64,000 nucleotides of DNA, taken from Rhodospirillales bacterium (GTDB lineage Bacteria > Pseudomonadota > Alphaproteobacteria > Rhodospirillales > JAPHRK01). The notes below the pieces were generated by a model. It did no database searches. It saw nothing but the letters and a program-made list of their open reading frames with translations, and was not told the DNA's origin. The position numbers and the translations under genes are program-made. The stretch is taken from NCBI GenBank assembly GCA_026196105.1, contig JAPHRK010000002.1:12566-76565 (forward strand), given 5' to 3'. Of this stretch, positions 1 to 9,888 are shown in pieces. Each line of letters starts with the position of its first letter. The stretch's first letter is position 1.

Positions 1-578
1 TCTTTCTTAGGTATGAAAAGCAGAAATCCTGAAGTTGGGTTTGGGGTCGTTGGCAAAAAGATATTGACGGTTTCTTCTTCTGTCAGGTTTTGCACTTCAC
101 CTTCTGTAGCACCAGTAATAAAAGCGACAGCCCATATGCCACGGCGCGGATATTCTACCAAAACTGCTTCCCGAAACGCTTCAGACTGTTGAGCTAAAAC
201 TGTTTCTAAAATTTGTTTTGTTGCTCCATAAACACTCCGAATTACAGGGAGTCGAGAGAGAATTCTCTCTCCAGTCTTGATGAAGAATTTTCCAACAAAC
301 CCTGCTGTAAAAGCACCAATAAGGGTCAACCCAATAAACATCACAAAAAGGCCAAGCCCCGGCAAACCAAAGGGAAGATAGGTTTCGGGGTTGTATTTTT
401 CTGGAATTAAAGGTGTAACCTTCTCATCCACAAACCCGATGAAGACCCAAGCAAGATAAAATGTCAGAAAAACTGGCGCTGAAACGAGGATACCGGTGAG
501 AAAATAAGCCCTTAGACGCCCTGAAAAGCTAACCTTTTTAACGGGCGCGGTTTCAGTGTTTTCTTCTTTATCTTCCAT
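1..578 (-). CDS. DUF502-family membrane protein (N-terminal part; the C-terminus runs off the window edge)
   Basis: Hand translation of the minus strand from ATG (578-576): MEDKEENTETAPVKKVSFSGRLRAYFLTGILVSAPVFLTFYLAWVFIGFVD...NIFLPTTPNPTSGFLLFIPKK. It has two hydrophobic helices plus the PTTPNPTSGF motif typical of DUF502. It is open to position 1, so it is absent from the ORF track. Confidence 0.75.
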   Translation of the reverse strand, partial: MEDKEENTETAPVKKVSFSGRLRAYFLTGILVSAPVFLTFYLAWVFIGFVDEKVTPLIPEKYNPETYLPFGLPGLGLFVMFIGLTLIGAFTAGFVGKFFIKTGERILSRLPVIRSVYGATKQILETVLAQQSEAFREAVLVEYPRRGIWAVAFITGATEGEVQNLTEEETVNIFLPTTPNPTSGFLLFIPKK

Positions 579-640
579 ATCGAATGGATTCCCTGCGGGG
601 TAATAGTTTAAAGGATTGAAAATTCATTCAACAATTATTT

Positions 641-1003
641 TTAACTTTTTTTCTTGGTCATTGCTCTGATATTTTTGACGAAAATAGACAATAAAGCCCG
701 AATAAAAGGATCTGTTTTTGCCAGTTTATCTTGGAAAGTTCGAGCTGGAACAAGAATTACCGACGTTTGTTTAACGGCAAAAGCTGAAGCCATGCGAGGG
801 GCATTATCAACCAAGGCCATTTCCCCGAAAATTCCACCCTTACTAACAACGCCTAGAATAACGTCTTTATCTTCAATTTTTTTGATAATTTCAATTGCAC
901 CATCTTGAACGATATAGGCACAGGAACCTGTATCCCCTTCCCGGAACACACGGTCCCCTGGATAGAACACCCGCCGTTCAAGTACTTTTATATTTGGGTC
1001 CAT
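641..1003 (-). CDS. Stand-alone cyclic-nucleotide-binding (CAP effector-type) domain protein, 120 aa
   Basis: ORF track. The phosphate-binding-cassette-like motif GGIFGEMALVDNAPRMASAFA and a beta-roll pattern (FREGDTGSCAYIVQDGAIEI) are present. No output or HTH domain is attached. Confidence 0.8.
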   Translation of the reverse strand: MDPNIKVLERRVFYPGDRVFREGDTGSCAYIVQDGAIEIIKKIEDKDVILGVVSKGGIFGEMALVDNAPRMASAFAVKQTSVILVPARTFQDKLAKTDPFIRALLSIFVKNIRAMTKKKS

Positions 1004-1132
1004 AGAGAACGCCTTTTGTTTTTTTGCCTAATAGGTAACAACAGTATTGAATAGACTGAGAAATTTGGCAATGAAAAGCGGACGTCTAAAAGCTAATATC
1101 TTAAAAAAGGTCTGCATAATGGGGAAAATCAA

Positions 1133-1585
1133 ATGAGTAGAGAGTATCCAAGTGCCCCAATTGTAGGTGTTGGAGCCGTTGTTTTTAAAGATGAACAGGT
1201 TCTGCTGATTAAACGGGGGAATCCTCCTCGCCATGGAGAATGGAGTCTTCCTGGAGGAGCGCAAGACCTTGGAGAAACCTATCAAGAAACGGCAAAAAGA
1301 GAAATATTTGAAGAAACAAACATTTCAATCAACGTTTTAAAAATTATCGATGTTGTAGATTCTATTTTAAAAGACGACGAGGGTCGAATCCAGTTTCACT
1401 ACACCTTGATTGATGTCGTTGCGCTTTGGGATTCTGGTGAAGTCTCCCCAAATGATGATGCTCTTGAAGCTAAATGGTTTAATTTAGATCAAATAGCTAA
1501 CCTTGATCTATGGAATGAGACCATCCGAATCATTACCGAAGGCCATAAATTAAAAAATATCCATCTCCAGGCGCAATATTCTTGA
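1133..1585 (+). CDS. NUDIX hydrolase
   Basis: Nudix box GX5EX7REUXEEXGU is seen as GGAQDLGETYQETAKREIFEETNI. Confidence 0.85.
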   Translation: MSREYPSAPIVGVGAVVFKDEQVLLIKRGNPPRHGEWSLPGGAQDLGETYQETAKREIFEETNISINVLKIIDVVDSILKDDEGRIQFHYTLIDVVALWDSGEVSPNDDALEAKWFNLDQIANLDLWNETIRIITEGHKLKNIHLQAQYS

Positions 1586-1595
1586 CCTTAAGATA

Positions 1596-1610
1596 GAACC
1601 AAACTAGAAC
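1596..1610. promoter_or_regulatory. Alphaproteobacterial LexA operator (SOS box), GAAC-N7-GAAC
   Basis: The exact direct repeat GAACcaaactaGAAC lies 56 nt upstream of the lexA ATG, just downstream of a TTGACC -35-like hexamer (1582-1587). It matches the established GTTC-N7-GTTC / GAAC-N7-GAAC alphaproteobacterial consensus. Confidence 0.8.
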
Positions 1611-1665
1611 ATATTGTTAGTTGTTGTTTTGTTCTGTACCTGATTTAGAGTTTCTGGGGGCACTT

Positions 1666-2370
1666 ATGCTAACCAAAAAACAATATGAGCTTCTTGTGTT
1701 TATTGATGCGCGGTTAAATGAAACTGGTGTGGCACCCTCCTATGATGAAATGAAGGATGCTCTTGACCTTAAATCCAAATCCGGCATTCACCGTTTGGTA
1801 ACAGGCTTAGAAGAACGAGGGTTTATTCGCCGCCTTCCCCATCGGGCTCGCGCACTGGAAGTCATGAAACTCCCTAGCAATGCGACAGCTGGTGATAATA
1901 CAAAAGAACAAACCAAAGAAAAATTCACACCCAATGTCATTCAAGGTAATTTCCAGCCTCCAGCCGCTTCTGGCTCTCCTGATGCTGAAGCCGTTGAAAT
2001 TCCATTCGTTGGCAAGATTGCTGCAGGAACACCAATTGAAGCCCTACAAGACCCATCAGAATTCATAAACATTCCTGCTAGCCTCATGGGAGGTAAAGAT
2101 TGCTACGCCCTTCAAATTGAAGGTGATTCTATGATTGAAGCTGGAATTAATGATGGTGACACAGTAATTATTGAGCAAGCAACGAGGGCTGAAAATGGCG
2201 CTATTGTTGTCGCTTTAGTCGATAATGAAGAAGCCACCTTGAAAAAGCTTCGTCGTAAGGGGGATTCTATTGCCCTAGAACCTGCTAACGTTAATTATGA
2301 AACTAAAATTCTCCCCGCCGACCGGGTGAAGGTTCAAGGACGTTTGGTTGGCCTTTTCCGGAAGTACTAG
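1666..2370 (+). CDS. lexA: LexA repressor (SOS regulator, S24 peptidase)
   Basis: N-terminal winged helix ([13 protein letters not shown]...SYDEMKDAL...[15 protein letters not shown]), an Ala-Gly cleavage site ([10 protein letters not shown]), catalytic GDSM and a later Lys. The long inter-domain linker is typical of alphaproteobacteria. I prefer ATG at 1666 (GGGGG Shine-Dalgarno 6 nt upstream) over the track's TTG at 1621. Confidence 0.95.
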   Translation: MLTKKQYELLVFIDARLNETGVAPSYDEMKDALDLKSKSGIHRLVTGLEERGFIRRLPHRARALEVMKLPSNATAGDNTKEQTKEKFTPNVIQGNFQPPAASGSPDAEAVEIPFVGKIAAGTPIEALQDPSEFINIPASLMGGKDCYALQIEGDSMIEAGINDGDTVIIEQATRAENGAIVVALVDNEEATLKKLRRKGDSIALEPANVNYETKILPADRVKVQGRLVGLFRKY

Positions 2371-2383
2371 GTTTTTGACGAGG

Positions 2384-4474
2384 CTATTGCCGTTTCGCAT
2401 ATGAGCTCCAAGGTCTTAAGCCCTGGTGTTCGGCAACAGTTTGAACCTTTATTTTATTTTCATTCTCAATCCACAAAGCATGAGCCCCTTCTCGCCACAG
2501 ATCAAAGCGATCAATGACTACTTTGGGCACCTTACACGCTTGCCTAATGGGTTCTGAACTAATCAGTACATGAACTGCATGACAATCTTCTAATGCTGCC
2601 GACGGGTGATTTACAAAAGAAACCGATGTTCCTCTAGTTTCAAAGATGCATCCTTGTGAATCACAAAGAAGGTTATTTTCTTTATTGCCGAATGTTGGCC
2701 AAACCGCTCCTTTCCCTTCATACCCTGCTCTTTCTAACCATCTCTCAGATGTGATTTTAGATTTTCTTAAAGTGGATAGCCTTGGGTTTTCATTTTCTAA
2801 GAAAATCCCTTTTAGTTGCCCCGTTTCATCAATAAGTAAATTTGGGGGCACTGTATTGGAGAATAGCAAAATTGCTATAAGGACTACTGGTATACCTACT
2901 AAACTAATACGTCCTTTGAATAAGCAAACCCATAACCCACCAAGAGTTATTAAGAAGATAAATAGAGTACTTGGCGCTTTAACGAGCATAACAGCCCCCT
3001 CATAGGCTGAAAAATAACTCGCCACCTGGACTATTGCTGATACACCAGCTTCGAGTAAAGGTAGTAACAAAAACCCAGCACCTAGAGGAATTAAAATCCA
3101 AGTTAAAACGATAAGGGGCATTACTAAAAAAGCCATCAACGGAACAGCAATAAGGTTGGCGAAAACTCCGTAAAGAGCGACAGAATTGAAATGATAAAGA
3201 GCAAATGGGGTCGTTGCTAATGTGGCAATTACCGTCGTTAAAGCGACACCGAAGAAATAAGTTCTCAGCCGAACAAGATAAGAAGGGTTTTGATCAATAT
3301 TTCGCTTTATCATCCACTCCCCCACCCGTTCATAAGTGGCAATTAATGCAGTAACAGCAGCAAATGACATTTGAAAACTCGGGCTGATCAAAGATTCAGG
3401 TTGCAAAAATAAAACAAAAAAAGCAGCTATTGAGAGTGTCCTCAGCGACACGCCTTGTCGATCAAAGACAATGGCAAGAAAAACGATGGAAACCATAATA
3501 AAGGCACGTTGGGTTGGTACCGTTGCCCCAACTAAAAAAGAATAGATCAGAGCCACAAGAACAGCCATTAAAGCTGCCCATTTTTTAATAGGATACCGCA
3601 GGGCTAAATTTGGGAAACTGGCAAAAATGGTTCTAAGAGTGAAAAAAACAAAAGCTGACACTAGACCTATGTGTAAACCAGAAATAGCGAGGAGGTGAGC
3701 AAGTCCAGAATGACGAATGTCTTCCATAACCTTCTCATTAATTCCTCCTCGATCCCCTGTCATGAGTGCTGCAATTACAGCGCCGACAGGCCCCTCTACT
3801 TGTTTGCGAATAGAGGAGGAAATTTCTGTTCTGATCTGTGAGATAAGAATTTGTGGAGAAGTGGAGGCCTTTTCCTCTCTTTCAAGAATTATTGGCTCCC
3901 CAAGAGTAAAGCCAAGCCCTCCGAGGCGTTTAAAAAAAGCATGTCTTTGGAAGTCAAATGCCCCAGGGGCTACAGGAGCCATAGGAGGCATTAAAATGGC
4001 TGTTGTTTTTATCCAATCACCTGGTAAATATCGTTTAGTGGATTTGCGAATTTTAAGTCGAACAGTGTGAGGGGTTTTGTGTGCCTCTAGTGTACCGATG
4101 CGTACTCTCTCAAGGGTAATGCGCACTCCTTTTGGCTGTTCCTCTACAACAGTGACGTGCCCTGAAATCGTCGTTGGTCCTATTCGCTTATCTAGAACAG
4201 GCTCATTAACAGCTACGGTCCTTATCTGAGCTGTGACAAATCCAGCAAAGAAAGTTGATAGAGCTAATAAAAGGATAAATAGGAATGGATGGCGACGCAC
4301 AACCGCGCAACCAACAGAAACTATAGCCAGAATCCCAAGGCCAAACTTTAACTGTGGTTCATAAGAAAGAGAAAAATAAAAACCGATTCCAGCACCAAAG
4401 AGCACTGGCATCCATAAGGGCCAACGGTCACTTTGATCAAAAAATAACTCTAAAAAGTGTTTATTTCTCTTCAT
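2384..4474 (-). CDS. comEC: ComEC/Rec2-family DNA internalisation channel protein
   Basis: A 696-aa polytopic membrane protein with the competence-domain motif LAHLLAISGLHIG. Its position beside lexA/gltX is conserved in alphaproteobacteria. Confidence 0.85.
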   Translation of the reverse strand: MKRNKHFLELFFDQSDRWPLWMPVLFGAGIGFYFSLSYEPQLKFGLGILAIVSVGCAVVRRHPFLFILLLALSTFFAGFVTAQIRTVAVNEPVLDKRIGPTTISGHVTVVEEQPKGVRITLERVRIGTLEAHKTPHTVRLKIRKSTKRYLPGDWIKTTAILMPPMAPVAPGAFDFQRHAFFKRLGGLGFTLGEPIILEREEKASTSPQILISQIRTEISSSIRKQVEGPVGAVIAALMTGDRGGINEKVMEDIRHSGLAHLLAISGLHIGLVSAFVFFTLRTIFASFPNLALRYPIKKWAALMAVLVALIYSFLVGATVPTQRAFIMVSIVFLAIVFDRQGVSLRTLSIAAFFVLFLQPESLISPSFQMSFAAVTALIATYERVGEWMIKRNIDQNPSYLVRLRTYFFGVALTTVIATLATTPFALYHFNSVALYGVFANLIAVPLMAFLVMPLIVLTWILIPLGAGFLLLPLLEAGVSAIVQVASYFSAYEGAVMLVKAPSTLFIFLITLGGLWVCLFKGRISLVGIPVVLIAILLFSNTVPPNLLIDETGQLKGIFLENENPRLSTLRKSKITSERWLERAGYEGKGAVWPTFGNKENNLLCDSQGCIFETRGTSVSFVNHPSAALEDCHAVHVLISSEPIRQACKVPKVVIDRFDLWREGAHALWIENENKIKVQTVAEHQGLRPWSSYAKRQ

Positions 4475-4603
4475 TTAGCCTAATTCCGGACAAGAAAACG
4501 TTGAACGGGCGAACGTTTTGCTGCACAAGCGAAAAGAATATGCTAAACCACGGAACCTTTTGCTGAAAAAATTAGTCCATAATTACAGAGTGTCTACTCA
4601 AAT

Positions 4604-6016
4604 ATGACCGTTGTCACCCGTTTTGCACCCTCACCTACAGGTTTTTTACATATTGGCGGCGCCCGTACTGCCCTGTTTAATTGGCTTTTTGCAAAGCACC
4701 ACAACGGCAAATTCCTTTTACGTATTGAAGATACTGACCGTAAACGCTCCAGCAAAGAAGCTGTCGAAGCCATTTACCACGGTCTAAAGTGGATGGGATT
4801 AGATTGGGATGGCGATGCCATTTCTCAATTTGAGCGCGCCCCCCGTCATGTGGAAGTTGCAAATCAACTTTTAGCCGAAGGCAAAGCGTATAAATGCTAT
4901 TGCTCCCCAGAAGAACTAACCGAAATGCGCGAACTCGCCAAAAAAGAGAAACGCCGTGTTGGTTACGATGGACGGTGGCGTGATAAAGACCCCTCAGAAG
5001 CTCCTGAAGGTGTTGATCCAGTCATTCGTTTTAAAGCCCCAACTGAAGGTAAAACGGTTATTAAAGATCAAGTTCAGGGCGAAGTTACAGTAGCCAATGA
5101 TCAGCTTGACGATATGATCTTGCTTCGGGCAGATGGCACACCGACTTATATGTTGGCCGTTGTTGTAGATGATTACGATATGGGTGTAACCCATGCTATT
5201 CGTGGCGATGACCACCTAAACAACGCTTTCAGACAAATCCAACTCTATCTCGCAATGGGTTGGGAACCTCCAGTTTATGCTCATATTCCCCTCATTCATG
5301 GGCAAGATGGTGCTAAGTTATCAAAGCGCCATGGAGCTTTAGGCGTCGAAGCATACGAAGAAATGGGCTTTCTTCCTGAAGCCATGCGTAACTACCTGGT
5401 TCGCTTAGGTTGGGGACATGGAGATGACGAAATTTTCTCAACAGAACAAGCCATTGAGTGGTTTTCTCTTGAAGGAATTGGTAAAGCAGCCTCCAGGTTT
5501 GACACTGCTAAACTTACCGCAGTAAACGGAAATTATATTAAAGAAGCAGAAAATAACCGACTCGTTTCCTTGATTTTGCAACGGCTAAGCACCAACTCTG
5601 GAATCAATATTTCTGAACAAGCAGAGGAACGGTTAAAACAGGGGATGCAGGGCCTTAAAGAACGTGCTAAAACCCTGATCGAACTCGCAGAAAACTCTCT
5701 GTTTTACGCAGTTGATGTGCCCCTTGAGTACACACCTAAAGCTTTGAAGCTTCTGGACGCCGAGGGACGAGACAAGATTTCTAGCCTTTTGGCAAAGTTT
5801 AAAAAGATTGAGGGCTGGAATACTGAGGCTCTCGAAGTAATTGTTAAGGCTTATGCTGAAGAAAATGAGCTTAAGCTTGGCAAAGTTGCCCAACCCTTGC
5901 GTGCCGCCCTTAGTGGCACAACAGTAACACCGGGCATTTTTGAAGTGATGGAGGTTCTGGGTCGCGAAGAATCTTTGAAACGTATCGCGGCGGCAGTCCA
6001 ATTAACGGATGCCTAG
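4604..6016 (+). CDS. gltX: Glutamyl-tRNA synthetase
   Basis: Class I motifs [11 protein letters not shown] (HIGH) and KLSKRHG (KMSKS); 470 aa. Confidence 0.95.
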   Translation: MTVVTRFAPSPTGFLHIGGARTALFNWLFAKHHNGKFLLRIEDTDRKRSSKEAVEAIYHGLKWMGLDWDGDAISQFERAPRHVEVANQLLAEGKAYKCYCSPEELTEMRELAKKEKRRVGYDGRWRDKDPSEAPEGVDPVIRFKAPTEGKTVIKDQVQGEVTVANDQLDDMILLRADGTPTYMLAVVVDDYDMGVTHAIRGDDHLNNAFRQIQLYLAMGWEPPVYAHIPLIHGQDGAKLSKRHGALGVEAYEEMGFLPEAMRNYLVRLGWGHGDDEIFSTEQAIEWFSLEGIGKAASRFDTAKLTAVNGNYIKEAENNRLVSLILQRLSTNSGINISEQAEERLKQGMQGLKERAKTLIELAENSLFYAVDVPLEYTPKALKLLDAEGRDKISSLLAKFKKIEGWNTEALEVIVKAYAEENELKLGKVAQPLRAALSGTTVTPGIFEVMEVLGREESLKRIAAAVQLTDA

Positions 6017-6096
6017 TTTAAAATATTTGATCAATTAGGGAGGATGGTCTTAATTCAAAGGCCACCAAACCCGCAGATGAAGGGGGATAGCACCGT

Positions 6097-7398
6097 ATGT
6101 CTAGCAAAAAATCCTTTACGTTAACTGATAATCGCAACGGCAAATCATGGGACTTGCCTGTTTTGGATGGCTCCACAGGGCCTAGCGTTATTGATGTTCG
6201 CAAATTATATGCGGATACAGACTGCTTTACTTACGATCCAGGTTTTACATCAACAGGTAGCTGTGAATCAAAACTTACATTTATCGACGGTGATAAAGGT
6301 ATTTTGCGTCATCGTGGTTATTCCATTGAAGAACTAGCTGTTCAATCAGATTTCATGGAAGTTTGCTATCTTCTTCTTTATGGAGAGCTCCCAACTTCTG
6401 AGCAAAAGTCTACTTTTGAATATAAAATTACCAACCACACTATGCTTCATGAGCAACTAAACACCTTCTTCAAAGGTTTCCGCCGAGATTCACATCCAAT
6501 GGCGATCATGTGTGGTGTTGTTGGTGCTCTTTCTGCATTCTACCATGATAGCTTAGATATCAGCGATCCGTGGCACCGTATGGTCGCCTCTTATCGCTTG
6601 ATCGCTAAAATGCCTACTATTGCAGCGAACGCCTATAAATATTCCCAAGGACAGCCATTCATCTATCCTAAAAACGACTTGGGTTATGCTGAAAACTTCC
6701 TTTACATGATGTATGCAACACCTTGTGAAGAATATAAGGTTAATCCTGTTCTGGCTCGTGCTATGGATCGTATTTTGATTTTGCACGCTGACCACGAGCA
6801 AAACGCTTCTACCTCAACAGTACGTTTGGCTGGCTCCTCTGGCGCTAACCCGTTTGCATGTATTGCTGCTGGCATTGCTTCCCTTTGGGGCCCTGCTCAC
6901 GGTGGTGCTAACGAAGCTGTTCTTAATATGCTTGAGACCATTGGCAGCAAAGATAATATTGCTGAATACATTGCCAGAGCTAAAGATAAGAACGATCCGT
7001 TCCGTCTCATGGGCTTTGGTCACCGGGTTTACAAAAACTATGACCCACGGGCTAAAGTTCTACAACAAACTTGTCACGAAGTTCTTGACGAGTTGGGCAT
7101 CAAAGATGAGCCTCTCCTAGAGCTTGCTATGGAACTTGAGCGCATTGCTCTTGAAGACCCATACTTCGTTGACAAAAAACTGTTCCCGAATGTTGATTTC
7201 TACTCAGGCATCATCTTCCGGGCTATGGGTATTCCAACCTCAATGTTTACTGTGCTGTTTGCTATGGCGCGTACCGTTGGTTGGGTTGCTCAGTGGAATG
7301 AAATGGTTGAGGATCCTTCACAGAAAATTGGTCGTCCTCGTCAGCTTTACACAGGTGAAGTCGAACGCCCATATGTTAAGCTACATAAACGGGGTTAA
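6097..7398 (+). CDS. gltA: Citrate synthase (type II)
   Basis: 433 aa, with signature [14 protein letters not shown] and [10 protein letters not shown]. Confidence 0.95.
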   Translation: MSSKKSFTLTDNRNGKSWDLPVLDGSTGPSVIDVRKLYADTDCFTYDPGFTSTGSCESKLTFIDGDKGILRHRGYSIEELAVQSDFMEVCYLLLYGELPTSEQKSTFEYKITNHTMLHEQLNTFFKGFRRDSHPMAIMCGVVGALSAFYHDSLDISDPWHRMVASYRLIAKMPTIAANAYKYSQGQPFIYPKNDLGYAENFLYMMYATPCEEYKVNPVLARAMDRILILHADHEQNASTSTVRLAGSSGANPFACIAAGIASLWGPAHGGANEAVLNMLETIGSKDNIAEYIARAKDKNDPFRLMGFGHRVYKNYDPRAKVLQQTCHEVLDELGIKDEPLLELAMELERIALEDPYFVDKKLFPNVDFYSGIIFRAMGIPTSMFTVLFAMARTVGWVAQWNEMVEDPSQKIGRPRQLYTGEVERPYVKLHKRG

Positions 7399-7425
7399 TT
7401 GAAAAATTAACTGTCGGACACTAAA

Positions 7426-7461
7426 AGAAACGGCGCGGGATTAAATTTCCGCGCCGTTTCT
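7426..7461. terminator. Bidirectional rho-independent terminator between convergent gltA and gloA
   Basis: A 13-bp perfect stem AGAAACGGCGCGG / CCGCGCCGTTTCT with a 10-nt loop. A T-run follows on the plus strand and an A-run precedes it, which gives a T-run on the minus strand. Confidence 0.8.
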
Positions 7462-7863
7462 TTATTTCTCAATCAACTCAATCTTATAGCCATCAGGGTC
7501 TTCAATGAAGGCTATTACTGTAGAGCCATGTTTCATAGGTCCTGGAGGTCTTGGAATGGGAACACCTTCTTTTTCCATAGCTTCACAAGTACCATAAATA
7601 TCTGGGACGCCAATGGCTAAGTGACCGAAACCAGAACCTATTTCATAATCCTCTTCTTGATCCCAGTTATGGGTTAATTCCAAGACTGTGGTTTCTGCTT
7701 CCTCCCCATAACCAACAAAAGCTAATGTGAACTTGCCGCTAGGAAAGTCACTTTTCCGAACAAGCGTCATGCCCAGTAACCGAGTATAAAAATCTAATGA
7801 TTTGTCCAAGTCTCTGACACGTAACATTGTGTGAAGAAATCTAAATTTCCCTGTTTCAGTCAT
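7462..7863 (-). CDS. gloA: Lactoylglutathione lyase (glyoxalase I)
   Basis: 133 aa, FLHTMLRVRDLDKSLDFYTRLLGM...GFGHLAI, VOC fold. The start overlaps the lpxB stop by 4 nt. Confidence 0.9.
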   Translation of the reverse strand: MTETGKFRFLHTMLRVRDLDKSLDFYTRLLGMTLVRKSDFPSGKFTLAFVGYGEEAETTVLELTHNWDQEEDYEIGSGFGHLAIGVPDIYGTCEAMEKEGVPIPRPPGPMKHGSTVIAFIEDPDGYKIELIEK

Positions 7864-9047
7864 ATTTTGACTCCCTTGTAATTTTTGAGGGCTGTTAATA
7901 CAGATTTTGCGGCTCTCACACTGGGGACTTCATTTTCATTAAGACCGAGCATAGAAAGAGATTCTTTGAAGCCATCAATTTGTCTTTGCCTTGAAATTTT
8001 ATCTTGGAATAACGCTTTAACCCTACTGGCAACATTTGAAGCCGTACAATCGCCCTGAATTAGTTCAGGTATCACTTCTCTCTGGAGAAGAATATTAGTT
8101 AAATTGCCAAATTTGGTTTTCACCATTTTCCTGACAATAAAATGAGTTATGGGATTAACTTTATAAGTAATAACCATCGGTGTGGAAGCCATAGCAAGTT
8201 CTAGCGCAACTGTTCCTGAGGCAGCTAGTGCAACATCGGATGCAGCAAAGGCATCGTATTTTTCCTCAATACCCTCAATTATATGAATCGTTTCTGTCCA
8301 ATTCTCTGTAGCCTCTCGAAGTTTGTTTGCTTGTCGTTCAATAGTCGGCAAAACCAAATGGAGGTCTGGTAATTCTTTATGAATTAAGGCTAATGCCTCT
8401 TCAAAAACGGGAAGAAGACGCTTTATCTCACCAGATCGACTGCCAGGAAGCAGGCAGAGGAGCGGCGCGTTTAAAGGAATGCTATGCTTAGCTCTAAAAG
8501 AGTTTTTGCTTCCTTGGTCGGCTCCACTTTCTAGAATTGAATGACCAACAAAGCTTGTTGAGAGCCCTTCCACCTCGAAATATGGGGGCTCAAAGGGTAG
8601 TAAAGCCAATAGATGATCCAGATATCTTGCCACTTTCTTTGCTCGTCCCGGCTTCCAGGCCCAAACAGAGGGAGCAACATAGTGGATTAGGGGTATCCCT
8701 TTCCCTTTAAGTTTCTTTGAAACCCTGAGAGAAAAAGCAGGTGAATCAATTGTTATCAGGGCAGAAGGGTTTTTGGCTTGTATATCTTCGACGGTCTCGG
8801 TGATACGACCGAGAAGTTTCGGAATATGCGGAATAATCTCTGTTAAGCCCATGATTGAAAGTTCACTCATAGGAAACAGGCTCTTTAATCCTTGTTCGCT
8901 CATCCGTGGACCACCGATACCAAAGAAATTGATTTGGCCTTGATGCTCTTGCTTAAGAGCTTGCATTAAACGGGCGCCGAGAACATCCCCTGAAGGTTCT
9001 CCAGCAATAATATAGAGAGATAAAATAGGGTGCTCAGACGTTTTCAA
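7860..9047 (-). CDS. lpxB: Lipid-A-disaccharide synthase
   Basis: 395 aa, N-terminal IIAGEPSGDVLGARLM. It sits at the end of the lpx cluster. Confidence 0.9.
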   Translation of the reverse strand: MKTSEHPILSLYIIAGEPSGDVLGARLMQALKQEHQGQINFFGIGGPRMSEQGLKSLFPMSELSIMGLTEIIPHIPKLLGRITETVEDIQAKNPSALITIDSPAFSLRVSKKLKGKGIPLIHYVAPSVWAWKPGRAKKVARYLDHLLALLPFEPPYFEVEGLSTSFVGHSILESGADQGSKNSFRAKHSIPLNAPLLCLLPGSRSGEIKRLLPVFEEALALIHKELPDLHLVLPTIERQANKLREATENWTETIHIIEGIEEKYDAFAASDVALAASGTVALELAMASTPMVITYKVNPITHFIVRKMVKTKFGNLTNILLQREVIPELIQGDCTASNVASRVKALFQDKISRQRQIDGFKESLSMLGLNENEVPSVRAAKSVLTALKNYKGVKI

Positions 9048-9054
9048 CGGTCCG

Positions 9055-9888
9055 TCAACCTTTCGTTATGGTTTGTTTATCTATAGCGACAATGAATAAG
9101 CCTGCTTTATTTGCTTTTTCAACAACTTCATCCCCATCGATCACTAAAGCCCCTTGTGCTTCGATAGCAATCCCCCGCAAACCTGCTTCAACAGCTTGTT
9201 CAACAGTTGCAACACCAATTGTTGGTAAATCTGTCCGTTTTTCTTGATTTGGCTTTTTGGCTTTAACAAGAATACCACCAGCACCATCACGGGATAAACC
9301 TTTGACACGACTCAATAAAGCTTCAGTGCCTTCAATGGCTTCCACTCCTAGAACAAGACCTTGTTGTACAACAACAGCTTGCCCGACATCTAAGGCTCCT
9401 AATTGCCAAGCGACATTAAAACCACGAATAATATCTTCTTGTGCCACCGCATCAGGCTCAATATTTCCTAAAGTACCTACGTCAACTAATAATTCATTGA
9501 GCACTTCACTAGGTCCCACAACTTTAAAGCCTTCATTTTCAAGTTCTCGAACTAAAGCGGATAATAAACTATCATCACCAAGAGCCGCTCTACCGAGTTT
9601 TGCAAATAACTTTATTCCCCAAGCGTCTGGGCGTAACGATACCATGGAAGGGCGAGAAATACCCCCTCCCATCACAAGTTCTTTAACACCCTGGTCTCTG
9701 AATATTTTTATTGAAGTTCCGCCGGCTCCAAGCCTAACCCAATCATGGGGAACGTCTTTAACGGTTATTTCGTCAGTTTGCCCTTTAAAAGCAATAACAT
9801 GGAATTCCCGGCCTTCCTTTTGGCAAGCCTGGATCAATCGACGGGGAAGATCCCCCCTCCCCGCTATGATGCCTAATTTATCCGGCAT
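9055..9888 (-). CDS. lpxI: UDP-2,3-diacylglucosamine diphosphatase LpxI (DUF1009)
   Basis: It lies between lpxA and lpxB, the canonical LpxI locus in alphaproteobacteria. The N-terminus is MPDKLGIIAGRGDLP. ATG at 9888 overlaps the lpxA stop by 11 nt; the track's longer ORF to 9963 is probably an upstream extension. Confidence 0.85.
   Translation of the reverse strand: MPDKLGIIAGRGDLPRRLIQACQKEGREFHVIAFKGQTDEITVKDVPHDWVRLGAGGTSIKIFRDQGVKELVMGGGISRPSMVSLRPDAWGIKLFAKLGRAALGDDSLLSALVRELENEGFKVVGPSEVLNELLVDVGTLGNIEPDAVAQEDIIRGFNVAWQLGALDVGQAVVVQQGLVLGVEAIEGTEALLSRVKGLSRDGAGGILVKAKKPNQEKRTDLPTIGVATVEQAVEAGLRGIAIEAQGALVIDGDEVVEKANKAGLFIVAIDKQTITKG

Noticed and set aside
213-410. A 65-aa plus-strand ORF near the window start.
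   Set aside because: It is antisense to the well-supported DUF502 gene and has a low-complexity basic translation.
1621-1665. N-terminal extensions suggested by the ORF track. They affect lexA, lpxI, skp, pyrH, tsf, rpsB, lolD, the DJ-1 gene, coaX, birA, nuoG, tig and dadA.
   Set aside because: Internal starts give canonical N-termini, have Shine-Dalgarno sequences at proper spacing, and remove long overlaps with upstream genes. The extensions are artefacts of a longest-ORF call.
4503-4515. GAAC-GGGC-GAAC upstream of comEC, considered as a second LexA box.
   Set aside because: The spacer is 4 nt, not the 7 nt required by the alphaproteobacterial LexA consensus.
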